A DNA stretch of 64,000 bases from Cetorhinus maximus (taxonomy: Eukaryota): NCBI RefSeq assembly GCF_964194155.1, contig NC_135901.1, positions 36,580,001 through 36,644,000 of the forward strand, in the 5' to 3' direction. The notes beneath the pieces were generated by a model that was given only the letters and a program-made list of their open reading frames with translations, was not told the DNA's origin and did no database searches. Position numbers and translations under genes: made by a program. Position 1 is the first letter of the stretch; every line of letters starts with the position of its first letter. Positions 39,100-51,430 of the stretch are shown piece after piece.

Positions 39100-41010
39100 C
39101 ATTGGGATATGCTGTCCTATGTTTGACAAGCCAGGAATCTTTATTCCTAAGCAAGAGGGAGAGAGCTATTCCTATAATATTCAATACATTTCTACAGATT
39201 TTATAAGGTTATTAGACAGCGATTTCTTACGGATTTCCCCAGCTTGAGAAGGGAAAATCCTTATTGATTTCTCACAGCTGATTTCTGACTAACCTCACTA
39301 TTTCTAAACTCTGAGCTTGTTTTCCTAATTTCTTGATGACAAACCGTAGATAACATACTAAAGCTATGACAATTATCAGAATCAGCAACACAAACACTTG
39401 ACCTGCCACCAAGAATAATTGCAAAACATTTCCACTAAAATGTGATAACTATCGACTTCAATTCATCCTCCCCACCTGTTGATCATCTCACACAATTCTA
39501 AATTATTGGCATGTCGTAAATACATCTGGTTCAAACAAAAGTTCATGCATGGACTTTAAAGATTCCCCAGCTCTCTGTTCACTTGCATTCACCTTGTGGA
39601 TATTTTCTAAATCCAGATTCTATTTCCCTCTTCACTTTAATTTTAATCTCTCTGATAGATATGAGTGTGTTTAATTCAGTGCTGATTGTTTTATGGTTAG
39701 TTTCACGATGGAGTATATGTTAATGTCCTGATGATTTAAAATGCTTCATTCAATTTTCCACAATAATCACTTCATGTTGTTCTGTTGTCAAGTAGCTGAG
39801 CACATCTGGGACCTGCTCTTCAGTGCAGGGTCACCATGCATTTCCACATGTTAATTACACCACATGTAACATATCACATCTGCACATTCACACCAGTATC
39901 CCAATATCATGCATGTGCAAACCTGTGCAAGTCACTCTTGGCCTTTCAGGTGATCTTATCAAAATATCAATGGGGTGTCTGTCTGAAGATCTTTGCTGAT
40001 CTAACCCTGCATGGTTATGATGCCTTGGATAGTGGCCAGACTATCAAATTCAGTTTCTTTTAAATACAGAGGCAAGGACACAAACATCACTAAAAGAAAT
40101 CTCTGTTTACTGGTCTCAACTACACTTTCCTGACTTTCACTAGAATGTACAAGTATAACAGATTGAACTATTCCGCTGAACTATACCCAGGTGAATTATT
40201 CCATTTCCCAATCAGTGGTGTGATTTTCTCTATCTTTTATTCTAAATATGTCATTCCATGAATTACTATTCTATCTCATTCAGGAGAGCTGGAGGAACTT
40301 TACTGTCCCACTTAATACTCACATAATATGGTGTTTGTAGATCAGAGACAGAAGTACAGGTACTTGCAATCAGATTGCAAATCACTCCCATATCTTCCAT
40401 TCTCAGACACTTTGTCTTGAACAATAACAAATGGGATGAAGTCAAATCTTTAAAAAGCAAAGCCTTTTGTTTAAATTGTCACCGTGCTGTCAGTGGAAAG
40501 GGTTAACTTCTCAGCTTGTTAGCAAAGGGGCTGAAGAAACATTCTCAAAATGTGCACACTTTGTGTCAACTTTATGTAACTTCATTTTCAGATCAAGGAT
40601 GAACCAAAACCCATTTCAATCTTTGATTTTCCAATTGTATTTGTATTTTTCTCAGCTTTTCACAAATGTTTTTTTTCTTCTTTCTTCAGGCACCTTTCCA
40701 AATGACGGTAATAAAACTGAAGAAAAATAAAACTGAAAAAGTTCACTTTCACAGGCAAAAGGAGCTCCAGTCTTCCGAGACTGAAAAGAGTTAAAGAGGG
40801 TGGAGCTTCCCACAGCTTGTGAGCTCCAGATTATAACCTCAAGGCTGAAGCTTATCTTTAGGGAATCCAACTTTTCGATGCCTTTTACAATTGTATAAGT
40901 TCATTGTGATTCATACTTAAAGGTTTACTTTCACTCAGTCATTATAACCTTTCACTTTTCTCAGCACAGAAGCTGGCAGCATTTTAGATTAAATCCCAAT
41001 TGTACACTTC
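39100..41010 (-). mobile_element. LTR-retroelement/ERV relic copy B: env-like
   Basis: Decayed reading frame with FLLVMFVSLPLY and a TM segment LFLVAGQVFVLLILIIVIALVCYL followed by RFVIKKLGKQ...RNQL* (stop 39272-39274). Confidence 0.55.
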
Positions 41011-41011
41011 T

Positions 41012-41960
41012 CTTGTAGCTGGCGAATGGAGAAGATCATGTCCACTGTAGATCTGCCAGCACAGAAACCGCACTGTGCTTCTGGATACACTCGGTCTGCA
41101 AGTAGATGGAGTCTTTTAAGCCTGACCCTAGTGAAGGACATACCTGTGATGCTGAGGATTGAGATGTCCCTGTAGTTGTTGCAATCTCCTCTGTCACCTT
41201 TTTGTATATTGTGATCATTCTTCAGTCACACACGTGTCCTGTGGAAAGGATCCAACATCCCAACAGAGGATGTGGTGGTCATAAAGGTGTGACAGTAGAT
41301 GGGATTTTCCAGGCTTGAGCAGTTCAGCTGGAATTCCATCTTTGCTGGGTGTCTTTCTGCTTGCTAAGCAATTAATGGCCTTTTTGAGCTCAAGTGGTGA
41401 GGGTTCCTCATCCAATTCAACCATGACAGGAAGCTGCAGGAGAGAGTCAAACGGAGACTGGGAGATGTCTGTCTCATGGGAGTACAGCTCACAGTAAAGT
41501 TCAACCCAGTGGAACATCTGTTTACATCTGTCAATGAGAACTTCACCATCCATTTGGTGATGGTCGGACCAAGCGCCCTCCTGATCCCATCATACACAGC
41601 ACGTAGATTTCTGTTGTCACAGGCAGTTTGGATTTCTTGATGTGGGCTGATCCAGTGTTTATTTGCACAGTATCTCCCTGTCTTTTACACAAATGTGTCA
41701 GCTACTTTCAAGTTACACAGTGTTCCAGCTGTTGGGTTTATGTTGTAATCAGGTCGGCTTTGCTTTTTGTTTCAATGACAGATTCATCTCTGCTGACCAG
41801 TCTTTGTTGTGGGTTCCACCTTTACCAAATGTTGCTGCTGCTGTGTCAGAAATGATTGAACTCAGCAACTTCCAAGATTCAGCAATATCAATGTTGACTG
41901 ATGAAGCTTTTATTGATGAGCCTGTAAAATATTTTACTGTTTTGTTATCTTCCTTGATAA
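41012..41960 (-). mobile_element. RTE-clade LINE ORF2 fragment
   Basis: ELDEEPSPLELKKAINCLASRKTPSKDGIPAELLK is a LINE pre-RT motif. Inverted paralog of 61710-62696. Confidence 0.8.
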
Positions 41961-42363
41961 ATTAATTTCATCACGGAGGTGTCACTGTGAGTAATATGCA
42001 AGTCAGTAAGAATTGTCAGAACGGATTAATCAGCACTTTCTAATTGGAGATGTTAATCAGTGGAACCACTCAGACACTGAATTGGCGACTTTGCTCCAAA
42101 GGTCAATTTAGGATTGAAGTGAAAATTCATAATTTTATTGTAATCTATTTCCTGTTGAGAGTTCTTGAATTAAGAGGAAAGATCACAAATGGTGTTTTTA
42201 AAAAGGGACACTGCAGCTCAGATAATCAGTGACAGATCCAGAATATTAAACTCCAGCCAGTTATAGGGTTGTTAATATCAGCAGAATCAAAGGTAATACT
42301 ATCTGACTATCAGTCCTGGATGTGACTAACAGCAGCAATAACAGCGAAATCCAATCCTTGCAG

Positions 42364-43038
42364 TCACATGTGAATTTGCTGGTGTGACAGCAGGTTGGCT
42401 GACTGAGTGAATCCCTTCCCCCACACAGTGCAGGTGAATGGCCTCTCCCCAGTGTGAACTCTCTTGTGTACTTTAAGATTAGATGGAGACCTGAACCTCT
42501 TTCCACACGAAGTGCAGCTGAATGGCTTCTCCCCAGTGTGAATTTGCTGGTGTGACTGAATGCTGGCTGACTGAGTGAATCCCTTCGCACACACAGAGCA
42601 GGTGAATGGTTTCTCCCCCGTGTGAACTCGCTGGTGTGCAGTGAGGTTGGAGGAATGCCTGAACCTCTTTCCACAGGAACTGCAGCTGAACGGCCTCTCC
42701 TCAGTGTGAATTTACTGGTGTTTTAGCAGGTTGGAGGACACAGTGAATCCCTTCCCACACACGGAGCAGGCGAATGGCCTCTCCCCAGTGTGAAATCGCT
42801 GGTGTCCACTCAGGTGGGATGAAGACCTGAACCTCTTACCACAGTAAGTGCAGCTGAAGGGCCTCTCCCCAGTGTGACCTCGCTGATGTGTCAGCAGAGT
42901 GGATGACTGAGTAAATCCCTTGCCACACACGGAGCAGGTGAACGGCTTCTTTCCAGTCTGAATACGTCGATTGCTTCTCAGCAGAGATGGATAATTGAAT
43001 CCTTTCCCACAGTCCCCACATTTCCACGGTTTCACCAT
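42364..43038 (-). pseudogene. C2H2 ZNF (subfamily B), about 8 fingers, one internal stop
   Basis: ORFs 42712-43038 and 42364-42594 share a frame and are separated by TAA at 42712-42714. The first finger lacks its His residues. More decayed fingers lie upstream at 43040-43340. Confidence 0.82.
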
Positions 43039-43879
43039 GGTGCTGGCCCCAATGTGAGTGCGTCAATGAATTTCCAGCTGGGGTGGATGACTGAATAGCT
43101 TCACACCATTCTCACATTTTCTCATCCACACACAGAACACGTGTACAGTTTCTCCCCACTGTGAATGATGCAATGTTTCTTCAGGCTGTGTAACTGGTTA
43201 AAGCTCTTTCTGCAGTGAGTTCACTGGAACACTCTCACTCAGGTGTGTGTGCGTCTCAGTGCTTTCCCAGTCACACTGATGTTTGAAATCTTTTCCCACA
43301 GACAGAACAGTCAAACATTTCTCCTTCCACATTCAAAGGCCGATGATGTTCAGGTCCTGATGAATCGAGTGACTGTCCGATCTTGATGTGATGTTTGGTT
43401 TGAGTTTCCCATCTACAAATCTTAGTACATCATGATGTTTGGATCTGAAAATCCTTCCCTTCTAATACCCTGTAAAAGAGGTTAACAAAAGTAATCACTG
43501 TCAGTCCAGCATGGAAATTAATAATTGACAAATCCAGTTACTATGGCATATTTCTTCCTCTCGTCTTCCCTCCCCACCCCCCTCCCGCCCCAAGCTGTAA
43601 ATCACAGTGTCACAAACTCTCTCTCCTCCGTGTGATGAAATCCAAACCCATCATACAATCTCCACCAATTCTTTGTTCCTCCTAGTTTTCTATCTCCCTC
43701 TGTTCTGGCTGGGTTCAGTTCTACAACCCCCCTGTAAAAGGAGTTTAAAAGCCATCACTGTCAGTCCAAGATTAGAAATTGAGAACAGACAAACATTTCT
43801 CTTGGTTTGAGTTTGAGCTGGATTCCAAAATCCATCCCTGTCAGTCCAGGATAGAAATTCACAACATTCTCTCCTCCTG

Positions 43880-44235
43880 CTACCTGTACCAGGATGACCG
43901 CGCATGCGCCCTGCTGCCCATTGCCCCTATAAAGATGGCGGATACACATGAGCACTGCCGCCCATTGTCCCTGATTATTAAAAGATGGCGGCTGTTAATC
44001 TGGGGCTGAAATCGGGAGAAATGATGCAGCCGCCAAATTTGTGCAGATGTTGGACTGGAAACTTCTTATTCGCGTCTTGAGGCCTCCAGCAAGTGTTTAT
44101 GAAAACCCTCCACTCACTTGGCGGCTCGATACCTCTGCTCTCCTCGTTGATCCGACACGGCCGCCTCTATCCTTCCAGCACCGGACTGCGCATGCTCCAT
44201 TTGGAGACCCGGCTGCGCCTGCGCGAGGACCACCC
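43880..44235 (-). promoter_or_regulatory. CpG promoter module of the 42364 gene
   Basis: Two AAGATGGCGG (YY1) motifs and three NRF1-like GCGCATGC/GCGCCTGCGC motifs. Confidence 0.65.
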
Positions 44236-44249
44236 AAGGTGAAGATCGA

Positions 44250-44460
44250 AAATAAAAGCAAAATCCTGCAGATGCTGGAAATCTGAAACAAAACCAGAAA
44301 ATGCTGCAAAAACTCAGCAGGTCTGACATCATCTGTGGAGAGAGAAACAAAGTTAACGTTTCGAGTCTGAAGAACGGTTATATGGACTCGAAACGTTAAC
44401 ATTTTTTCTCTCTCCACAGATGCTGTCAGAGCTGCTGAGTTTTTCTCGTCTTTTTTTGTT
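44250..44460. mobile_element. Inverted pair of Penelope termini forming a hairpin
   Basis: GTTAACGTTTCGAGTC ... GACTCGAAACGTTAAC, flanked by complementary ctcagcaggtctgacatcatctgtggagagaga and tctctctccacagatgctgtcagagctgctgag. Confidence 0.7.
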
Positions 44461-47400
44461 GAAGATAGAGCATGTTCATGGTCTCGGTGCATGCTGGGTA
44501 ATGTTACCGCCATTGAGGGGAAACACAGTTGAATACAGAATCACATTTTGTGATCCGATTTGGATTGGAGGCGCAGAGGTAAAATCATTAAGTTAATTTA
44601 TACAGCAGCCAAGTGCACGGGAGGGGAACCTGTCCCCTGGTCCGTGTCCCAATGTGATGAGTGAGAGGAATGGGCAGGGTGATGAAGAACGTTTTTACAC
44701 ATCTGTTCCCTCTCTTCCCTTCATCCGTTACACTGGGTGTCACTATCACATGGGCGATTGCAGTATTTTCCCAATCTTCCTTAACACCGGGGTCTTTGCT
44801 ACTGGGTGTTCATTGTCCATCCATGTCACTCCCCATTTTCCGACCCATTAAATTTATACCATTGTATGGATTAAAGAGGATCGACCAAAACCTGCTATAT
44901 GTGCCAATCGCGTAGATATAAATAAACAATTTCCTCTGGTGGGGGAATCGAGAAAAAGGGGCCATCAACCTAAAGTTAGAACTTGTCCACTCACCAGTGC
45001 AATCAAACAGAAATCCTTCACACAATGTGGAGTAGAAATGTGGAACTCTCTCCAACAAAATGCGATGGATGGTGAGGGTCAATTGGAGTTTACAAGACTG
45101 AGATAGATAGATTTTTGTTCACTAAGTGTTTCACGGGATATGGAATGAAGGCGGGTAAATGAAGTTCTGATACAAATTAGCCCTCATCTATCTGAGTGGT
45201 GGAGCAGCTTTCAGGGGCGAATGCCCTCCTCCTGTTCCTAACAGTCCTGTGATTCACACAGAAATGTCCCAGAAGAGTGAAATCCCACTAGATCCCAGCA
45301 CATACTCAGCAGGAAGTCCAGATCAAGGACAAACCCAGTGTGTCCACTGAGTCCAGTTTGCTGCTCCCTCTGTGACCAGCACCATCTGCAGCACCTGCAC
45401 ACGGAAGTGGGATTTCAAAGGAAGGAAGGAACCTGTCAGCATTTGTAACATATTGACAAAGAATCCAAGGGCATCACGAGAGTTGGGATCTTTCTTTATT
45501 CTCGGGGATTTGGACATCAGACTTTGTCCTGCATGGTAGAGTTGGTATTATCTTTGAAAGAGCTGCCAATTAGTCCCACTCCCCTGCCCTTTTCCTCAGA
45601 ACCCTGCAAACTTTACCTTTTCATTAGAGATCCAATTTTATAAAGTTGCTGATGAATCTGCTTCCACATTTCAGGTAGTACATTCCAGATCATAACTCAC
45701 TGAGTAAATATTGTTTTCTCTTCTCCTCTCTGTATTTTTGCCAATTACTTGACATGATCTGTTTACTTTTCACCTTTTGTTAAACACATTTACTGAGTAG
45801 ATTCAGATTTAAACTTGAACCAGTTTTATAGGCATGATGTCCTATTTACACATCGAAGGTGGGAGAGAAGCTGTGGGGAACACACGATGGACATTTTAAA
45901 GAAATTAAGGAAATGCCACACTGTGTGTTTGAAACAAAGCTGATTTATTTGACACATATCACAACATGAAATTCCCACCATTATGTGGGCGGTCTTTGTT
46001 TTCTGCCACTCAGTCAGCTTTTCAGGCTGGAGGAAGGTTTGTAGTGGAGTTCCCCAGTGGTCAGTGTTGGGTCCCGTGCTTTTCCTGATGTATATTAATT
46101 ACCTAGATCTTGGTGTAAAGAGAAAAAGTCTAAAGGTAGCAAAGGAATGGTTTAAGCAGCAGATGAGCTGGGCTGGGTTGTAGCCAGGTGACATTGTGGA
46201 GATTGAAATATCTGGTATTAGTTATGGTGTGGATATGTGGTCAGAAACTCATCTTGTTGCGGGCAGTGTGATTCAGACTCAGACACTTCCCGGAGAGAGG
46301 GATGGACTCGGTAGTTAGGGAGCTGAATTTGTAGTGGTGACCGAAGACAATGGCTTTGGTCTTCCCAGTACTGGATGTGGGATAAGCAGTTTGATAATTT
46401 AGTAACAGTGGAGGAATGGAGAGGGATAGTGGTGAGGTTCCTTCACTGTCACTGGGTCAAACTCCTGGAACTCCCTCACTAACAGCATTGTGGGTGCACC
46501 TACACCACATGGACTGCAGCGGTTCAAGAAGGCAGCTCACCACCAGCTTCTCAAGGGCAATTAGGGATGGGCAATAAATGCTGGCCCAGCCAGACAAGCC
46601 CACATCCCATGAATGAATAAAAAGCAAGGTAGAGCTGGACATTGTCAGTGTACATGTGAAAACTAATGTGGAGCTTTAGGACGATGTCGCCTCGTGGCAA
46701 CATGTAGGTGAGAAATAGGAGGGGCCAAGGGTAGAACCTTGGGTTCACCAAGTTCAATGATTTTGGAGAGGGAGGTTGGCGATGGGGCAGTAGTTCTTTT
46801 TCGTCATCTATCATGAAATCCACTTTTAAACCTATGGCCCTGTGTCCTCAATTGGCAGTCTGTGGAAATTATAACATTGAGGGTACATAATGTTCCCATG
46901 CTTGTTGTATAGGTTCCTGACTCATAACAAGGGTGGGACCTTCTTGAATTGGCTGTGATAGGGTCACCAGGTCAGTTCAAACATCAGTGAACCACAGTTT
47001 GGAGGCTGCCAGTTTCAGGGAGTGAGTCAGCAGGTGTGACAGAGACAGGCAGAGGTCCCAGTTAAGTTAAAGAAAGATCCACGTGCAGCAGATTTTAAAG
47101 AGGGCCATTGGAGTAAAGGTACCTCTTTGGAGCAGTGATGTTCTGCTTGGCCTGGCCTAAGACCTGAAAGTGTGCTTGGAAGGTGAAGCTTGAGGTTACT
47201 CGGCAATCCAGGGGAATCTCAGAAAGCAGGGTTGAAACCCTGTGAGCTGAGTCATTGTTGAAGCTGTCCGAGTAGAGAGTGACTTTTCGAAAGAATTCCA
47301 AGGAGAAATCTTCAAAAGTGATGATTTGAAACCCTCGTGACAAAGCGAAGTTTCAGTGAGAAATGTGGGCCATTGTGGGTTGTTGAGAAATCCATGGAAT

Positions 47401-48525
47401 CTGTTTTGGTTGCATCTGTCATTTATTCTATAGCATTGTGGGTCCGACTACAGGTCACGTTAATTCACATGTACCTCACACTTACCCTGAATGTTAGAGT
47501 ATAAGGTAGTTCTTGTCAACTATTTTATGTTTTTAGAAGTTGTAAAATTTGCTTTTTTTTCTGTTTAAAAACCCTTGTAATCTTGTAGCTTTATTCTAAA
47601 AGCAGGTGTCTTGAATATCAAACTTATGACTTATACTTTAAGCAAAACGTTTTTGGTCCCTAAGTGGATCCTACCATCATCTCGGAGAGCGGGGGTGGGG
47701 AGGGGGGTGCGGTGGGTGATGTGGAGGGGGTTCTCACTAAGGAAGGTAAAGATTTGTGAAAGCTAACACGGTGCTTTTGGATGATGCCACCGAGCGGCAG
47801 CATGCAGAGGAGAATGGGAGGGGCCAAGGATAGATCCTTGAGGGACTCCAAGTACAAGGGCTTTGGAGAGGAAACGGAGGTTGGAGATGGGGGAGCGAGT
47901 TTGCAAAGATGGTGGGGGTCAAGGATTGTCCATTTTTAGGATGGGTGCTCACAGTGGATTTCAAGGCAAGAGGGACAGTGCCAGAAGAGAGAGAGAACCG
48001 TTAACAATATAAGCTAACAGGCAGAAGTTGGATGGTCAGCAGTTTAGTGAGAATCAGGTCAAGGGAGCAGAAGGTGGGTCTCATGGACAAGATGAGCACT
48101 GAGAGGAAGAGAAATTGGAGAAAGATGTAGGTTCAGGACTCAGACAAGGGGGAATTTTAGAGACAGTTTGCCCCGGTGGGCGAGTGGAAGGGAGGGAAGC
48201 AGCAGAGGCAGCTGATCGGATTGTCTCAATCTTAGTGACAGAGAAGCTCCATGAACTCCCCACACTTGTTGGGGGTGAGAATGGAGGAGACAGAGGAGAA
48301 GGAGAGCCCTTCAAAAGGAACTAACTTGTGTTAGACATTAAAAGATTCAACACATTGTGTTGTTAAAAAGACTTGACATACTGTGTGTTTAATATGAAGA
48401 TTATTTATTTGACTTTATCCAGAATATTAACATTTGTAACTGGGCTGGAGTTTAGTAACATCAGCAGAAACAGACCCCAGTGAACATGGTTCAGTCCTCG
48501 ATGTTACTAACAGCAACACCTGTAG

Positions 48526-49731
48526 TTACTTGTGAACCCGCTGGTGTTTCTGCAGAGTGGATAACTGAGTGCATCCCTTCCCACATACAGAGCAGGTGAA
48601 TGGTCTCTCCCCTGTGTGAATGCGCTGGTGTACAGTGAGGTTAGATGATGTCTTGAACCCAGTCCCACAGTGAGAACATCTGAACGGTTTCTCATCAGTG
48701 TGAACTCGCTGGTGTACAATGAGGTCAGCTGATCGCCTGAACCGGGTCCCGCAGTGAGAACACCTGAATGCTTTCTTGTCAGTGTGAACACGTTGATGGT
48801 ATTTCAGTTCCTGAGAACTTTTAAAACACTTCCCACAGTCGGGGCATTTAAAAAGTCTCTCATCAGTGTGAACCCGCTGGTGTGTCAGCAGGTGGGAAGA
48901 CTGAGTGAATCTCTTCATACACACAGAGCAGGTGAATGGTCTCTCCCCAGTGTGTATTCGCTGATGTACAGAGAGTTGAGATGATTGCCTGAACCCAGTC
49001 CCACAGTCAGAGCACCTGAACGGTCTCTCATCAGTGTGAATACGTTGATGGAACATCAGTTTGCTGGAACTTTTATAGCACTTCCCGCAGTCTGGGCATT
49101 TAAAAAGACTCTCGTCAGTGTGAACAAGCTGATGTGTCAGCAGGTCAGTTGACCGAGAGAATCGTTTTCCACAATCGGCACATGCGAATGATCTCACCCC
49201 GGTGTGAGTTTGCTGGTGTCTCATCAAGGTGGATGACTGAGTGAATCCCTTCCCACAGTCAGAACAGTTGAACGGTCTCTCCCCAGTGTGAACTCGCTGG
49301 TGTCTCAGCAGGTGGGGTGACTGTGTGAATCCTTTCCCACACTCAGGGCAGGAGAATGGTCTCTCCCCAGTGTGAACTCGCTGGTGTTTTAGCAAGTTGG
49401 ATGAATTAATGAACCCCTTCCCACACTCGAGGCAGGTGAATGGCCTCTCCCCGGTGTGAATTCGTTGGTGTGTGAGCAGGTCTGTTGAATTAATGAATCC
49501 CTTCCCACACTCGAGGCAGGTGAACGGCCTCGCCCCAGTGTGACTGCCCTGATGAGTTTCCAGCTGAATTGGATTATTGAATCCCTTCCCACAATCCTCA
49601 CATTTCCATGGTTTCTCCCTGTTGTCCCTGCATTTATGTTTTGACAGGCCAGATGATCGGCTGAAGCAGCGTCCACACACTGGACACGTGTACGGTTTCT
49701 CTCCACAGTGAACGGTGCTTTTTCCTTCCAT
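48526..49731 (-). CDS. Finger-only C2H2 zinc-finger protein, 14 fingers, 401 aa from MEGK
   Basis: Uninterrupted finger array. Acceptor module at about 49840-49900 and a CpG promoter at about 51060-51420. Confidence 0.93.
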   Translation of the reverse strand: MEGKSTVHCGEKPYTCPVCGRCFSRSSGLSKHKCRDNREKPWKCEDCGKGFNNPIQLETHQGSHTGARPFTCLECGKGFINSTDLLTHQRIHTGERPFTCLECGKGFINSSNLLKHQRVHTGERPFSCPECGKGFTQSPHLLRHQRVHTGERPFNCSDCGKGFTQSSTLMRHQQTHTGVRSFACADCGKRFSRSTDLLTHQLVHTDESLFKCPDCGKCYKSSSKLMFHQRIHTDERPFRCSDCGTGFRQSSQLSVHQRIHTGERPFTCSVCMKRFTQSSHLLTHQRVHTDERLFKCPDCGKCFKSSQELKYHQRVHTDKKAFRCSHCGTRFRRSADLIVHQRVHTDEKPFRCSHCGTGFKTSSNLTVHQRIHTGERPFTCSVCGKGCTQLSTLQKHQRVHK

Positions 49732-51059
49732 GTTCAAAATCCGATGATATTCAGGTTACGATAAATTGGGTGACTCTGTCAGATCCTGATATGATGTTTG
49801 GTTTGAGTTTCCTGACTGCAAATCCTCCCCTTCTAACACCCTGTGAAATTGATTTAAAACAGAAAAAAGGGAGTGAGAGAGAACCCACAAAAACACAAAG
49901 GCAGGTTGTGAAATTGAGCTGAATGAATCTGGGAATTTGTGGGGCCGGCACTAGGAAAAAGTGACCATGAAAACTGCTGGATTGTCATAAAAACCCAACT
50001 GGTTCACTAATGTCCTTCAGGGAAGGGAACCTGCCACCCAGTCTGGCCGACACAAGACTCTGGCCTGTATTGATGGAGAGATAGAGAGAGGTAGGGGGAG
50101 AGATAGAGAGATAGGTGTAGCAGGTGGTGAAAGAGAGAGATTATATGTATGTATGTATATGCCATCCAGAAGGACCAGGGAAGCAGGTGTATATGAACAG
50201 AATCCCCCTCCAAGTCATATACCATCCTGACATCCAATACTGGATGAACCAGAAATTTCCTCTATTTAAATATTGGGAAGACTGAAGCCATTGTCTTCAG
50301 TCCCCACTACAAACTCCACTCCCTATCCACCGACTGAATCCCTCTCCCTGGCAACTGTTTGAGATTGATCCAGGCTGTTCACAACCATGGGGAAATATTT
50401 CACGCCAAGATGAACTTCCAACCACATATCCACATCATCACCAAAACTGCCTATTTCCACCTCAGTAACATCGCCTGACTCCAGCCCAGTCTCAGTTCAT
50501 GTTTCTAAAGCTCTAATCCATTCCTTTATTACTCCTAGAATTCTATCACACTTCTGGCTAGCCTCCCACATTCAACCCGTCAGGTAATTGAGGTTATCCA
50601 AATCTCTGCTGCCTAATGCCCACTGCGCTAAGTCCCATTCACTCACCTATCACCCTGTCCTCACTGACCTACACAGGCTCCGATTAAAAGGCAAATCAAT
50701 TGAATATTCTAATTCTTGTTTTTAAATCTTGCTCTGCCTTATTTCCCGTCACACAGATGTTTGAATCTTCAGGCAGAGATAACACAGACAAACATACTTT
50801 CAAGTTCTGATGAATCGAACAGCTCTGCCAGGTTTTGACCTGATGTTTAGTTTGAGTTTCCAACCTTCTTCTGCTCTTCTAATATCCTGTAAAAAAAAAA
50901 ATCCATCACTGTCAGTCCAGCAGAGAAATTAAGAGACGAACATTTCTCTTGGTTTGAGTTTGCTGTGTGTAAATCCTCCCCTTCTGACCCCCTGTAAAAG
51001 GAGTTTCCAAAATCCATCCCTGTCAGTCCAAGGTAGAAATTCACAATATTCTCTCCTCC

Positions 51060-51430
51060 TGCTACCTGGACCAGGATGACCGCGCATGCGCCCTGCTGCA
51101 CATTCGCTCCCTAAAGATGGCGGCCGCTAACCTGGGCCTCCAGGCGGGAGACGCGCGAACCGCAGTTTTGGTGAAACTGCCGAAACGGTAGCTTCTTATT
51201 CCGCGTTGTCGTCATCCACTGGGTGTTTATAAAGCCTCCCCACCCACTCTGCCCACTCCATTACCCTTCTACAATCGGCCGTTTATACCTGTTTGCAGAG
51301 CCGTGATCACCACTTCCCTGCGGCTGCAGTACCCACACTGCGCATGTTCCAGTCGGATACCTCCACTGCGCATGCTCAGTTCACCACCGGTCACTGCGCC
51401 TGCGCAGTGCACGCCTGCAGTGAGGGTAGG
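51060..51430 (-). promoter_or_regulatory. CpG promoter module of the 48526 gene
   Basis: YY1 AAGATGGCGGCCGC, NRF1 GCGCATGCGC, and three clustered ACTGCGC(A/C)TG motifs at 51337-51410. Confidence 0.72.

Larger units (their letters stand above)
39690..43720 (-). repeat. Inverted segmental duplication of about 59560-64000
   Basis: env-like relic, RTE, 3' flank, ZNF and acceptor module occur in mirror order. Confidence 0.9.

Noticed and set aside
40670-40700. ERRKK as a furin cleavage site of the env-like relic
   Set aside because: It lies at a frameshift-prone A run, is not a clean R-x-K/R-R, and no clear fusion peptide follows.
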